From Dehalococcoidia bacterium (GTDB lineage: Bacteria; Chloroflexota; Dehalococcoidia; UBA2979), in NCBI GenBank assembly GCA_963667465.2, contig CAXXDN010000001.1, positions 1-64,000 of the forward strand: DNA of 64,000 nucleotides, read 5' to 3'. The translations under genes and the position numbers were made by a program. Shown here in pieces: positions 28,245 through 40,600 of this stretch (position 1 is its first letter; every line of letters starts with the position of its first letter). The notes beneath the pieces were generated by a model. The model did not search any database and was not told the origin of the DNA. It saw nothing but the letters and a program-made list of their open reading frames with translations.

Positions 28245-28454
28245 CTAACGGGCGATGGGGCGGCGGTCGCGGACCTGGTAGGGCAGGTACTCGGCGTGGC
28301 AGCGGTGGCAGACGAAGCCCATCGCCTTCGATTCGTCGTCCATCACCTCGGGGCCGCGCCAGCGGGGGGTGAGGTTCTCGCACGCACAGTCCGCCGGGTC
28401 CGGCACGTTGCCGGACGGCTGGGGCGTCCTCAAGAGCCTGCCGAGGCCTGCCAT
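28245..28454 (-). CDS. Small Cys-rich (zinc-ribbon-like) protein
   Basis: RBS gagagg; CAC...FVCHRCHAEY. Confidence 0.6.
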   Translation of the reverse strand: MAGLGRLLRTPQPSGNVPDPADCACENLTPRWRGPEVMDDESKAMGFVCHRCHAEYLPYQVRDRRPIAR

Positions 28455-28536
28455 AGCCTGCTCCTCTCGCTCGCCCGTCCAGCCTAGCCCGCGTGCCCGC
28501 TGGAGGCGACCGGGGCGCCTCGGCCGAGGCGGACTG

Positions 28537-28962
28537 TCACGCTGTCGCGTCGCCCTCGCTGGCGAACGGATTGAGCACCGCTACGCCGGTCGGCTCGAAG
28601 TGTCGCATGTTGCGGGTGACCACGGTCAGGCCGTGTTCCAGTGCGGTGGCGGCGATCGCGAGGTCTGCGCTGTCGTGGCCGAGCTCGCCCGATAGCTGTC
28701 CCCAGCGGCGCGCCGTCGGGACGTCAATCACCAGTACCCGGTCCTCGTACCAGCTCAGGATCCGGTCGAGCCAGTGCGCCAACTCCTCCGCGAAGGCGGG
28801 GGCACGCCTTTGCTGACGAACAATCCCCCGCTCGATCTCGTTCACGGTCACGACGCTCAGATACAGATCGGTTGCCCGTTGTTCCTCGATCCAACGAGCG
28901 ACGGCGGGGCTCCGCTCCCGTCTCCGGAGCGCCGACAGGACATCGGTGTCAATCAGGAACAT
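28537..28962 (-). CDS. vapC: VapC PIN-domain toxin
   Basis: FLIDTDVLS, LSVVTVNEIERG, ADLAIAATALEHGLTVVTRNMRHF. Confidence 0.92.
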   Translation of the reverse strand: MFLIDTDVLSALRRRERSPAVARWIEEQRATDLYLSVVTVNEIERGIVRQQRRAPAFAEELAHWLDRILSWYEDRVLVIDVPTARRWGQLSGELGHDSADLAIAATALEHGLTVVTRNMRHFEPTGVAVLNPFASEGDATA

Positions 28963-29216
28963 CAGAGTTCCAGCGGGCGGGCCGGCAAGGGCAGGCGCTC
29001 GAACTCCCCGTCGTCCTGCGGGATCTCAAGCAGCAGCCGGGCGAGCGTCGGCGCCGCGGCATTGTCGAGCATGCGGAGGCGCTCGTATTCGTCTACGGCC
29101 AGCACCACCACGGCCGGGTTACCCCGTCGCGTCACTCGCTGGGGCTCGCCGGACAGCGCGGCGTCTACGACGGCGCTGAAGCGATTCTTGGCGTCTTGCA
29201 GTTGCCACACGGCCAT
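28962..29216 (-). CDS. Phd/YefM antitoxin
   Basis: WQLQDAKNRFSAVVDAA..GEPQRVTRRG. Confidence 0.92.
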   Translation of the reverse strand: MAVWQLQDAKNRFSAVVDAALSGEPQRVTRRGNPAVVVLAVDEYERLRMLDNAAAPTLARLLLEIPQDDGEFERLPLPARPLEL

Positions 29217-29222
29217 GTTGCA

Positions 29223-29247
29223 CCTTCTGTCTAGCCCTTCTGTCTAG
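29223..29247. promoter_or_regulatory. Direct-repeat operator upstream of phd-vapC
   Basis: ccttctgtctag at 29223-29234 and again at 29236-29247. Confidence 0.5.
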
Positions 29248-29286
29248 ATAGTAAGGGCCGCATCGTAGCCTGCCAAGCGCAGACTC

Positions 29287-30573
29287 CTACTCCACCCGCT
29301 GCTCCGCCAGCGCCGCCTCGATGCGCCGCTCGGGGCGCCCGAGGAGCACGGTTGCGATGGAGATCAGCGGCAGCGCGGCCATCACCAGCACGCCCACGTC
29401 GTAGCTGCCGGTCAGGTCGCGGAAGAGCGCGAGCGGCAGCGGGCCGACCGCCGCGCCGGTGATGCCCGCCATCATCGCCGCGCCCTGCACCCGGCCCAGC
29501 CCGAAGCGCCCGTAGTAGTGCGCCCAGATCACGCCCTGCACGATGCGCTGCGACCCGCCCGTCACGCCCATCGCGGCCACGTAGAGCACCGCCATCCAGA
29601 CCGAGTTCACCACCAGCGCCAGCAGGCAGACCGCGAACAGCGCGCACATCGAGAACACGAACAGCCGCAGCGGGCCCGTCCGCTCCACCACGAACCCGAC
29701 CACCATCGAGGTCGCGGCGGAGGAGACGGCGAAGACCACGAACACCGCCGCCGCGAGCGTCGCGCTCAGCCCGTGCTGCTCGAAGATCGAGGTCTGGTGA
29801 AAGACCAGCGCGGTCACCACCAGCCCCGGCGTCGCCAGCGGCGCGGCCAGCATCCAGAACGCCAGCGAGCGCATCACCGGCCTCGAGGCGGCCGCCGCCG
29901 GGCTGAACGCCGCGGTCTGCTCGATCAGCGGCGGGTGATCGGCGCCGTCGGGGAACAGGCCGACGTCCTCCGGCCGGTTGCGGATCAGGAAGACGGCGGC
30001 GGGGATGATCAGCAGCAGCACCAGCACGCCGAGCACCCCGTACGCCTCGCGCCAGCCGTAGGCGTCGATCAGGAAGCGGCTGAGCGGCGGCAGCACGGCG
30101 TTGGAGAGCGGGAAACCCAGGCCCATCAGTGCGATCGCGCGGCCTCGGCGCGTCACGAACCACTGGTTCACCAGCAGCGTGGCGTTGATCGTGAGCGAGC
30201 CCTGACCCAGCGCCCGCAGGCCGGCGAAGGAGACGTAGAACGCCGCGAGACCCACCGAGAACGCCATCCCGAAGCAGGCCGCGCCGAAGGCGACACCCAC
30301 CAGAATCAGGTTCAGGCGCGCCCCCCAATGGTCCGCCAGCCGGCTGACCACCACCACCATCAGCGCGCTCAGCCCGGTGCTGACCGCGTACAGCGCCGAG
30401 ATCGTCGAGCGCGAGAACCCGGTGTCCTCGATCATCGAGTCGACGAAGATCGAGAAGACGAACGACTGGCCCGGACCGGTGCTGAACGCGACCAGCGCGC
30501 TGGTGGCGACGATCACCCAGCCGTAGAAGAAGCGGCGAGGCCCGATCACCGGTGGCGTCGCGTCTGGCGGCAC
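29287..30573 (-). CDS. MFS transporter
   Basis: FFYGWVIV, SRLADHWGAR, WFVTRRGRAIAL; about 12 TM helices; probable GTG start at 30573. Confidence 0.9.
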   Translation of the reverse strand: MPPDATPPVIGPRRFFYGWVIVATSALVAFSTGPGQSFVFSIFVDSMIEDTGFSRSTISALYAVSTGLSALMVVVVSRLADHWGARLNLILVGVAFGAACFGMAFSVGLAAFYVSFAGLRALGQGSLTINATLLVNQWFVTRRGRAIALMGLGFPLSNAVLPPLSRFLIDAYGWREAYGVLGVLVLLLIIPAAVFLIRNRPEDVGLFPDGADHPPLIEQTAAFSPAAAASRPVMRSLAFWMLAAPLATPGLVVTALVFHQTSIFEQHGLSATLAAAVFVVFAVSSAATSMVVGFVVERTGPLRLFVFSMCALFAVCLLALVVNSVWMAVLYVAAMGVTGGSQRIVQGVIWAHYYGRFGLGRVQGAAMMAGITGAAVGPLPLALFRDLTGSYDVGVLVMAALPLISIATVLLGRPERRIEAALAEQRVE

Positions 30574-30743
30574 GCGGTCTGACTCCGATTCATGGTCGCG
30601 AGGAGCGCCGAGCCTAGCCGCGCCCGCGATGGCGCGCGAACCGGGCGGGCGCGCCGGGTCCCCGCTACAAGACATAGGGAGCCTCGCCTTCACGCGCGCG
30701 TGGGCGTAGACTCGCGTTGGTGACATCCCTTCCGAGGACCGAC

Positions 30744-32626
<1,883 letters not shown>

Positions 32627-32627
<1 letters not shown>

Positions 32628-34552
32628 TGGCCTACTGGGGCAGCGGCCAGGTCGGCGGCTGGAGCGGCAACATGAGCGGCGTCCGCCACGGCCGCGCCGC
32701 CGACGGCTGGGACTACGAGGAGCTGGGCCGCGTCTACGACCCCATACTCGTGCGGCGCATCGTGCCGATGCTCCGCCCCTACAAGCTGCAGGCCGCGATC
32801 GCCGTCATCTCCATGTTGGTCTTCGCGATCGCCTCCTACGCGCAGCCCTACGTGATGGCAACCGCCACTGCATCGATCGTCGACAAGCTGCGCTCCGGGG
32901 AGGCTGCCTCGCTGGCGGCGGTGGACGCGGAGATCGTCGAGTTCGGCCTGCTGCTCATCGGGCTCGCCATCATCTCCTTCATCTCTGCCGCGGTGCAGCG
33001 GCTGATGACGGGCTACGTTGGGCACCGCATCCTGCGCGACATGCGCAGCAACATGTTCGCGCACCTCAATCGCCTCTCGCTCAGCTTCTACGACCGCGAG
33101 GAGGTCGGGCGGATTATGTCGCGCGTCACCTCGGACGTGGTGACGCTGCAGGAGCTGATCACCACAGGCTTCCTCAACATCCTCGCGGACGCGGTGGGGC
33201 TGGCGCTGATCGTCGGCTTCCTGTTCTGGCTGGACCCGCTGCTGGCCGTGGTGGCGCTGTCCGTGATCCCGCTGCTGCTCGCCTTCATGGCCTGGTGGCA
33301 GACGCCCGCCGCGCGCGCCTTCATCCGCGTGCGACAGGCGATCTCGATCGTCAACGGGGCGATCAACGAGAACGTCTCCGGGGTCCGCATCGTGCAGTCC
33401 CTCAACCGCGAGGAAGAGAACCTCAAGCGCTTCGAGCTGCTCAACCGCCGTCACCGCGACGCCAACATGCAGGCCGTCCGGCTGCAGGCGAGCGTCATCC
33501 CCACCGTCGAGGTGCTCGCCACGATGGCCACCGGCATGGTGCTGATCGTGATCGGCATCCGCGTCTTCAACGGCAGCCTCGGCGCCGGCGAGGCGCTCGG
33601 CTTCACCGTTGGCTTCCTGCTCTACATCCAGCGCTTCTTCAACCCCGTCCGCGACATCGTCCTGCAGTACACGATGCTCCAGCGCGCCATGGCCGGCGCG
33701 CACCGCATCTTCGAGGTCCTCGACACCGAGCCGGAGATCGTCGATCCGCCGGACGCCGTCTCACTCCCCGATGTCGAGGGCCGCATCGACTTCAACAAGG
33801 TGGACTTCAGCTACGTCGAGGGCGTCCCGGTGCTGCGCGGCTTCGACCTGCAGATCGCGGCCGGCGAGACCGTCGCCTTCGTCGGCCACACCGGGGCGGG
33901 CAAGACGACGGTGACCGCCCTCGTCAACCGCTCCTACGACATCCAGGACGGCGAGATCCTGGTCGACGGGCACGACCTGCGGTCGATCGAGCGCGCCTCG
34001 CTGACGCGGCGCATGAGCGTCGTGCTGCAGGAGCCCTACCTCTTCTCCGGCACGATCGCCGACAACATCCGCTACGGCCGCCTCGACGCGACCGACGCGG
34101 AGATCGAGGAGGCCGCACGCGCGGTCGGCGCCAGCGAGTTCATCGAGCGACTGCCGGAGCGCTACGAGACGGAGCTGCACGAGCGCGGGCTCAACCTCTC
34201 GGTCGGGCAGCGTCAGCTGATCGCTTTCGCGCGCGCCGTCGTCGCCGAGCCGCGCATCCTGATCCTCGACGAGGCGACGGCAAACATCGACACGCACTCG
34301 GAGCGGCTGATTCAGCAGGCGCTGCGCACGATCCTGCGCGACCGCACCTCGCTGGTGATCGCCCACCGGCTCTCGACGATCCGCAGCGCCGACCGGATCG
34401 TGGTGATGCGCGACGGCGAGATCGTCGAGATCGGCCCGCACGAGGAACTGATGGTCCTCGACGGCGTGTACGCGGACCTCTACCGCATGACCTACCAGCA
34501 CTCCGAGGATGACGGCGCAGCGGTTGGGGAGGCGGCCGGGACCGAGGCCTAG
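32627..34552 (+). CDS. ABC exporter, fused TMD-NBD, subunit 2 (heterodimer partner)
   Basis: GHTGAGKT, LSVGQRQL, LILDEAT, IAHRLST. Confidence 0.93.
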
Positions 34553-34667
34553 CGCGCTTCACCGTCTCCCTTACTATTGTCATACATACCGGTCGCACCG
34601 CGTGCATATGGCGTCTACAATGCCGTCGCGCCCGGATGGGACGAGGGGTTCGCGGGGACGCTCACGC

Positions 34668-35585
34668 ATGCCTCACACGCTGCTGCTCGCCGAGCCTCGA
34701 GGCTTTTGTGCGGGCGTGGTTCGCGCGATCGATGTCCTTGACGCGGTGCTCGACCGCGAGCCGCCGCCCGTCTACGTCTTCCACGAGATCGTGCACAACC
34801 GCCACGTCGTGGACGGCTTCCGCGCTCGCGGCGCCATCTTCGTCGACGAGCTCGCCGAGGTGCCCGCTGGCTCGCGCATCGTGTTCAGCGCGCACGGTGT
34901 CTCGCCCGCCGTCGTCGAGGAGGCAGAGCGCCGTCGCCTGCGCGTGATCGACACCACCTGCCCCCTGGTGACCAAGGTGCACCTCGAAACGAAGAACGCA
35001 GTCAAGCTCGGCTACGACGTACTCCTCGTCGGCCACCGCGGCCACGACGAGACCGTCGGCACCCACGGCGAGGCGCCCGATCGCACGCGGATCGTGGAAA
35101 TCGCCGGCGAGGTCGCCGCCATCGAGGTCGAGCGGCCCGTCTTCGTCGTCACGCAGACCACGTTGTCCGTCAACGACACGGCGGACGTCATCGGCGAGAT
35201 CCGCGACCGCTACCCCGACGCCGAGGTGCGCAGCGACATCTGCTACGCGACCACCAACCGCCAGTTCGCGGTGCGCAAGGTCGCCGAGCGCGCCGACCTC
35301 CTGCTCGTCGTCGGCTCGCGGAACTCGAGCAACTCCGTGCGTCTGCGCGAGGTCGCCGAGGACGCCGGCGTGACCGCCTACCGCGTCGACGGCCTCGACG
35401 AGATCGACCCCGCCTGGTACGAGGGCGTCGACGTCGTCGGTCTGACCTCAGGGGCCTCCGTGCCCGACGAACTGCTCGAACCGATCATCGAGGACCTCAA
35501 GGCCCGCGGTGTGACGCGCGTCGAGCCCGTCGTCGTCGCCGAGGAGAACGTCGAGTTCCGCCTGCCGCAAGGGCTGGAAGCGTAG
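34668..35585 (+). CDS. ispH: 4-hydroxy-3-methylbut-2-enyl diphosphate reductase, copy 1
   Basis: PRGFCAGV, HEIVHN, FSAHGV, TTCPLVTKVH, TQTTLS, DICYATTNRQ, SSNS. Confidence 0.96.
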   Translation: MPHTLLLAEPRGFCAGVVRAIDVLDAVLDREPPPVYVFHEIVHNRHVVDGFRARGAIFVDELAEVPAGSRIVFSAHGVSPAVVEEAERRRLRVIDTTCPLVTKVHLETKNAVKLGYDVLLVGHRGHDETVGTHGEAPDRTRIVEIAGEVAAIEVERPVFVVTQTTLSVNDTADVIGEIRDRYPDAEVRSDICYATTNRQFAVRKVAERADLLLVVGSRNSSNSVRLREVAEDAGVTAYRVDGLDEIDPAWYEGVDVVGLTSGASVPDELLEPIIEDLKARGVTRVEPVVVAEENVEFRLPQGLEA

Positions 35586-35603
35586 CGGCAGCCTCCGGAG
35601 TCC

Positions 35604-35716
35604 CTCTCACCCTAACCCTCTCCCGCCGGGGGAGAGGGGATCGGAAAGGGTCGCGCGAGCCGGGTCTCCACCTGCTACAGCACCAGCTGCTACAGCACCA
35701 GCTGCTACAGCACCAG
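35604..35716. repeat. REP-like unit plus 15-bp tandem repeat (x3)
   Basis: ctcaccctaaccctctcccgccgggggagaggggatcgga (reverse complement of ~2819-2858); (ctgctacagcaccag)x3 at ~35672-35716. Confidence 0.75.
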
Positions 35717-36098
35717 GCGCTGATCCGGCGCTGGAGTTGGGTCCGACGATGGCATGCACGCCCTCATCCTCAATGAGGCGGCGAGCCTCCTCGGCAGGGT
35801 TGAGGGTGTCGCCTTCCGCGATTTCCACCTGTTGCCCGAACACGCCGCCGGCCTCGTTGACGTGCTTGATGGCCAGTTTGAAGGAGCGCAGGCGGTCGAG
35901 GGCCGTCTCCGTTTGCGCCTCGCTGTTCACCAGCAGCGCGCCGATCTTGAGGGGCGCCCGCTCTTCGTCGCCGCAGGCTGCGAGGGTCCCGGCGCCGATG
36001 GCCAGGGCGGCGATCACGACCAGCAGCACGCCCCGCAGCGCGCCGCCGGGGCTGCGCCAGCCGTCCAGCATGTCCTGCCACGCTTCCAGGTTCATCAT
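35607..36098 (-). pseudogene. Truncated branched-chain amino acid ABC substrate-binding lipoprotein
   Basis: LAAC lipobox, LKIGALL, LAIKHVNEAGGVFG, VHAIVGPNSS; homology then stops and the frame runs into repeats. Confidence 0.78.
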
Positions 36099-36520
36099 GA
36101 CCCTCGCTCGTTCATGACCACCGCCGCTCGCCGACAGGCCGCAAGGCTCAGCCTCAGGCCCGGGGCCAGCAACCGCTGTATCAGCTGCACATGCTGCATC
36201 GACAGGCCGGCCATGGGCACGCCCTCGTGGCCGGTCGGTGTACCGTACCGGATCTCCCGGTGCGGGTCAGGGAAGGACGTGCTCGTACAGGGATAACAGC
36301 GCCTGCACCATGTAGCCTGGGTAGGCGGGGTGACCGATGGTCGCGGCGATCTCCCCGTCGACAAGGTTCCTCTGAAGCCAGCCGCCGGAGTTGGTGACGC
36401 CTCCTCATGTCGGGATACCGGTGTCCTCCATACTCGGCTGAGTGCGGTAGGTCGGCGATCGTGAACCGGACCATAACCGCTGTCTTCGCAGGCGGCGGCG
36501 TGCATCGAGCCGAGGAGGCG

Positions 36521-36790
36521 TCAGGCGCGCCTCAGCAGCCGGCCATATTCGTCGTGTGGCCCAATCCAGAACCAGACGATGTCACCATCCTCAAGGATGC
36601 CCAAGGCGCGATAGTTCCTGCTCACACGCACCGAATACACCGGGCGCCGCTGCCCCACGCGCTTGAATTTGAGGCCCGGATGTTGCGGATCCAGCAGGAA
36701 GAACCGGTACGCGCCACGCGCCTGCTGCTTCACGGCGTCCGGGAGCCGGCGATAGGCGCTCCAGAAGCTCGGCAGCGTGTAGGAACGCAC
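36521..36790 (-). CDS. RelE/ParE-superfamily toxin
   Basis: FWSAYRRLP, DPQHPGLKFKRV, YSVRVSRNYRALG, WFWIGPHDEY. Confidence 0.85.
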   Translation of the reverse strand: MRSYTLPSFWSAYRRLPDAVKQQARGAYRFFLLDPQHPGLKFKRVGQRRPVYSVRVSRNYRALGILEDGDIVWFWIGPHDEYGRLLRRA

Positions 36791-36792
36791 GC

Positions 36793-37017
36793 TTAGAGGC
36801 GGCTCAGATCCAGAGGCTCCGTTTGCCCCGCCCGGTGAGCCTTGATCGCCTCGTCCGCCATCTGCTCCAGCATGTACTGCGACTCTGGGTGGTCTAGCAA
36901 GTCATCCCATTGCCGCTCTGCATCCAGCTCGGCAAGCAGGAACCGGGCGAACGCATTCTGCTCGTCTCGCGGCAGCGCCGCTGCCCTGTCGAACGCCTGT
37001 TGGAGAAGGTCGGTCAT
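36793..37017 (-). CDS. Cognate antitoxin
   Basis: MTDLLQQAFDRAAALPRDEQNAFARFLLAELDAERQWD; immediately upstream of the toxin. Confidence 0.78.
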   Translation of the reverse strand: MTDLLQQAFDRAAALPRDEQNAFARFLLAELDAERQWDDLLDHPESQYMLEQMADEAIKAHRAGQTEPLDLSRL

Positions 37018-37279
37018 GGGTACGATTCCGGGACTGCAGATTCTCAAGCCAGGTCGGCGCTCCGGGGGCGGCGTGGCGCCTCTCTGGGGGCTCTTCTCAC
37101 GCAGCTTACCACTTCACACGCCTCGAGCCGTGCTCCCTCGCCGTCGAGGGCGAGTTGCCCGAGGACGGGCTCGCCGCCTTCGGGGACGACGGCGACGACC
37201 TGCTGCTGGCGCTCGCGAACGGCAGCGCACGCTGTTCTCGTGGGCGGAGTTCATGACCGGGGAGCAGGACGAGCGGCCG

Positions 37280-37535
37280 CGGCGCTGCGCGCCGACCCCT
37301 CACCCTCCGCCCTCTCCCGCAAGGGGCGAGGGGACCGGAGGCGTCCTCGGTCCTGTCCGGCCCCCTCTCCCGGGGGAGAGGGTTGGGGTGAGGGGGCGCG
37401 CCGGACCGGCGCCGATCTCGAAAGAGAGGTGCGCCGCCGCAGGCTCTTGGCCGGCGGGGGCGGGAGCGGCGCTGCGCGCCGACCCCTCACCCTCCGCGCT
37501 CTCTCGCAAGGAGAGAGGGGACCGGAGGCGTCCTC
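37280..37535. repeat. REP-like cluster with ~65 bp direct repeat
   Basis: ggcgctgcgcgccgacccctcaccctccgc.ctctc.cgcaagg.g.gagggg..accggaggcgtcctc at ~37281-37348 and ~37468-37535, with an inverted unit between. Confidence 0.8.
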
Positions 37536-37625
37536 TACTGGGGGAATGGGTGGTGCGGGTGGGAGGTCGGGCGGGGAGGGTGCGCCCCTGGTGAGGCGCA
37601 CCCTCCCCGCCTTCGTCCCGACGCC

Positions 37626-40600
37626 CTAGTCGCAGTTGACGAGGACGTACTCGCCCTTGCGGTCGTCGTTCTTGTTGGTCGTGCCGTCGTAGTAGTCGAG
37701 GTGTTCCGGCACGCCGGAGTGCTGACCAACAAGGATGCGGGCCCAGACCCTGATGTCTGTGGCGCCGCCGTCGCAGTCTTGATCGATGATCCTGGAGCCG
37801 AACCGGTCCAGGTCATTGGTGGCTTCGGCGTCAAACACGACTGCCCAGTTGTTCCATGCGCTGGACACGCTATCGGTGTCCAGTTGGATGGTCACGTCGG
37901 TCCATACCTTCTTGGCGAGGTAGACCCGCAGCCTGCCGTTCTCCTGTTGCGGGTGCAGGCTGAAGACGACGGCATCATCCTCGACGACCTTGAGGATCGG
38001 GTTCGCCCTGGTCGTGTTGGTCGAATGCTTCACCCGGAACTGGTAGTAGCGCTCGGGCTGGCCCACGAAGTTGTCGTCGTGGGACACGAACGTCAAATCA
38101 AAAAATTCCTGGCTATTGCCCCTATTCGCCCACCTGCCGGGGCCTCCGAAACAGTTGTACCCGCCGGGATCGAAGCATCCGACGAAACCGCCCGTGTAGA
38201 GGCGCCACTCGGACTCTTCCCTGATTGCCAGCGAGCGGTGGCCGACCTCTTGATCCAGATTCTTCCACGACGACCATTGGGTGCCGTCGTCATTCGTCGC
38301 CGTGCGCACCTCGAGCGCGACCCGTGGAGTGCCGCCCCGAGTGCCGGCGACGACTTTCAGTTCGAACTTGTCGCCTTCGGTGATCGTGGTGACGTTGCCA
38401 AGTGACGTGTTGGCAGTCTTCTGACCGCCCGCAGCCTCCACCCAGTAATTGTCGACGCTTCTGGTGTCGCTCGCCACCCAGCCGTTCGGATTGCCGGGGG
38501 AAGGGCCGGTGTCGGACATCGTGATCGTACTGACTTCGGTGGTGTGCACATCCGGGAGGTCCCAGCCGGCCCCGTCCGTCTCGTGCCAGACCAGCTTGAC
38601 CGTGCCTTGGCTCCCGTTGGAGCCGTCTGACTGCCAGTTCCACGAGACCTCGCAGGTGGCCGTCCGGTCATCCTGGTTCGCGCCCGCGTTTGCCTCCTTG
38701 TTGAAGGCGCAGACGCTGGGCTGCCAGTAGACAGCATGCCCGTGCTCCAGATGCATCCGCGCCGCCGAGGCTCTGCCGCCCTTTCGGATGTCCTCCATCC
38801 GCGGGGCGAGGTAGCCGGTCAGGTGCTCACCCGACAGGGTGATCGTCGCGGTGCCGCTGGTGCCTTCGGTGATGGTGAAGTCGCCGTTGGAGGTGGAGTG
38901 GCTGGTACCGTCGCCAGTGCTCATGGTGGTAGTGATGGTGGCGATGCTGTCCCGGAAGTGAATCAGCAGGATGTCGTAGGTGCCGACCACGGAGGTGCCG
39001 CTGGCGCCCATGTCGTGGTAGACCAGTTTGGCGCCGTTGAGGGTCGTGCCGGGCATGCTGTCGGCGGCGGGCAGGTTGTATGTGACACGGGCTTCACGGT
39101 AGTTCCTGTTGCTGTTCGTCAGGAAGCCGTTGGAGCAATTGGCGTCAGTCCAGCCTTGGGCGCTGGCATGCGGGCTGGTGGTGTTGCCGACGGTGCGCGC
39201 TATCCCCCCGGTGGGGATGGTGGCGCCGCCGGTCTGGGGCTCGATGGTGAGGTAGCCGCGCATCCGGCACGTGCTGCCGACATCATTCCTGTTGACCCAG
39301 ACGCGCACACTTATCGTGTTCGATGTGCCTTCCTCCAGCCTGATCTCAGGCTTGAAGTTATCGGCCGGACCACCCGGGCTGCTCGGATGGGGGCCGATGC
39401 TGCCGTTGTAGGCGAGCGCTGTTTGGGCAGCGACGCAGAACGTGCCATCAGACGACAGGCGCGAGCCCGGGTTGCAGGCGGCTTCGACGCTGGATGAGGC
39501 GCTGATGCTGTTCGTGCCGTCGCTGGCCTCGACGGTCATCGTGGCCGTCCCTGTGCCGGTGTTCTCGATCGAAATGAGCTCATCCCACTGGCTAATCGTG
39601 GCGATGGGGTTGTCGAGCGTCACCGTAAAGGTCAGCTCGGCGCCCGTCTCGTGGCCGAAGTAGTCGGTCAGCGTGAGCTGCGTCGGCTCGATGTTTGTGG
39701 ACATGTTGATGGACGTGGGCAACGGGTTGTCCAGCGTCGGCAGCGGCGCTGGCGGCGGACCGTTGTGGAAGATCCAATCCAGCGCCGGCGCGATCTCGTC
39801 CCAGATGTCGGTCGAGCGGGGTGCGGCCAGGCTGCGCGCTTTCGAGGCGGACAGCGGCTGAATCGACTGCTTCGCGACATCCTGCCCGAGCGCGAGCAGG
39901 ACAGAGTCGTAGAGGTCGGTGTGCGATGAGAACTGGCCATAAAGCTCGTGGTTGCGATACGCCTCCACCTTGGCGATCAGGTCCTGGTAGGGCGCCCAGA
40001 ACTCGGTGTAGGTCACGGGGGTTCCGGAGCCCGGCGCATCGTCGTCCGAGACGACCACGGTGGCCGCGCCCTGCGTCGCCGAGACGGTGAAGCGCGGGTT
40101 ATCGCGCGGGTCCGCCTGCAGCGTCAGTGTCAGCGAGCCATCGGGCTCGTCGCGGTCGTCACCCAGCGTGGGCACGGTGATCGTGGTGCTGCCGGACAGG
40201 CCAATCGAATCCACGTACTGGCCGTCGCTGGAGGTGAAGCGGCCGTCCTGCGTCACCACCGCGACGAAGGTGAGGGCGTTGGTGCCGGTCGGCGCGGGAG
40301 TGGCGGTCACGGTGAAGGTGGCAGCGCCGCCCTCGGTGATCGTGGGGCCGCCCACAACACTGAACTCAGGCAGGGAGTTCGTATTGGATGGAGTCGGTGG
40401 GGTCTGGGTGTCTGTGGTATCGGTGTCGGTATCGGTGTCGGTATCCGTGTCGGTGTCCTGCTGCTGCGAGTCGCCGTCGGTGGAGCCTTCGCACTGCTCC
40501 AGGGCTTCCAGGGTGCGCGCGGTGCGATCCCAGCGGGAGTTGTTGATCTGGTTCTTGATGCCCTGCGCCTGCGCCGCGGTCATGGCCGTTTCGCCGCTGC

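Noticed and set aside
36100-36500. Possible small gene or ncRNA between the truncated binding protein and the TA pair
   Set aside because: No recognisable motif, convincing start or stable structure.
37090-37275. Coding-like fragment (YHFTRLEPCSLAVEGELPEDG...TLFSWAEFMTGEQDE)
   Set aside because: It is frameshifted, has no start and cannot be assigned to a family; probably a gene remnant.
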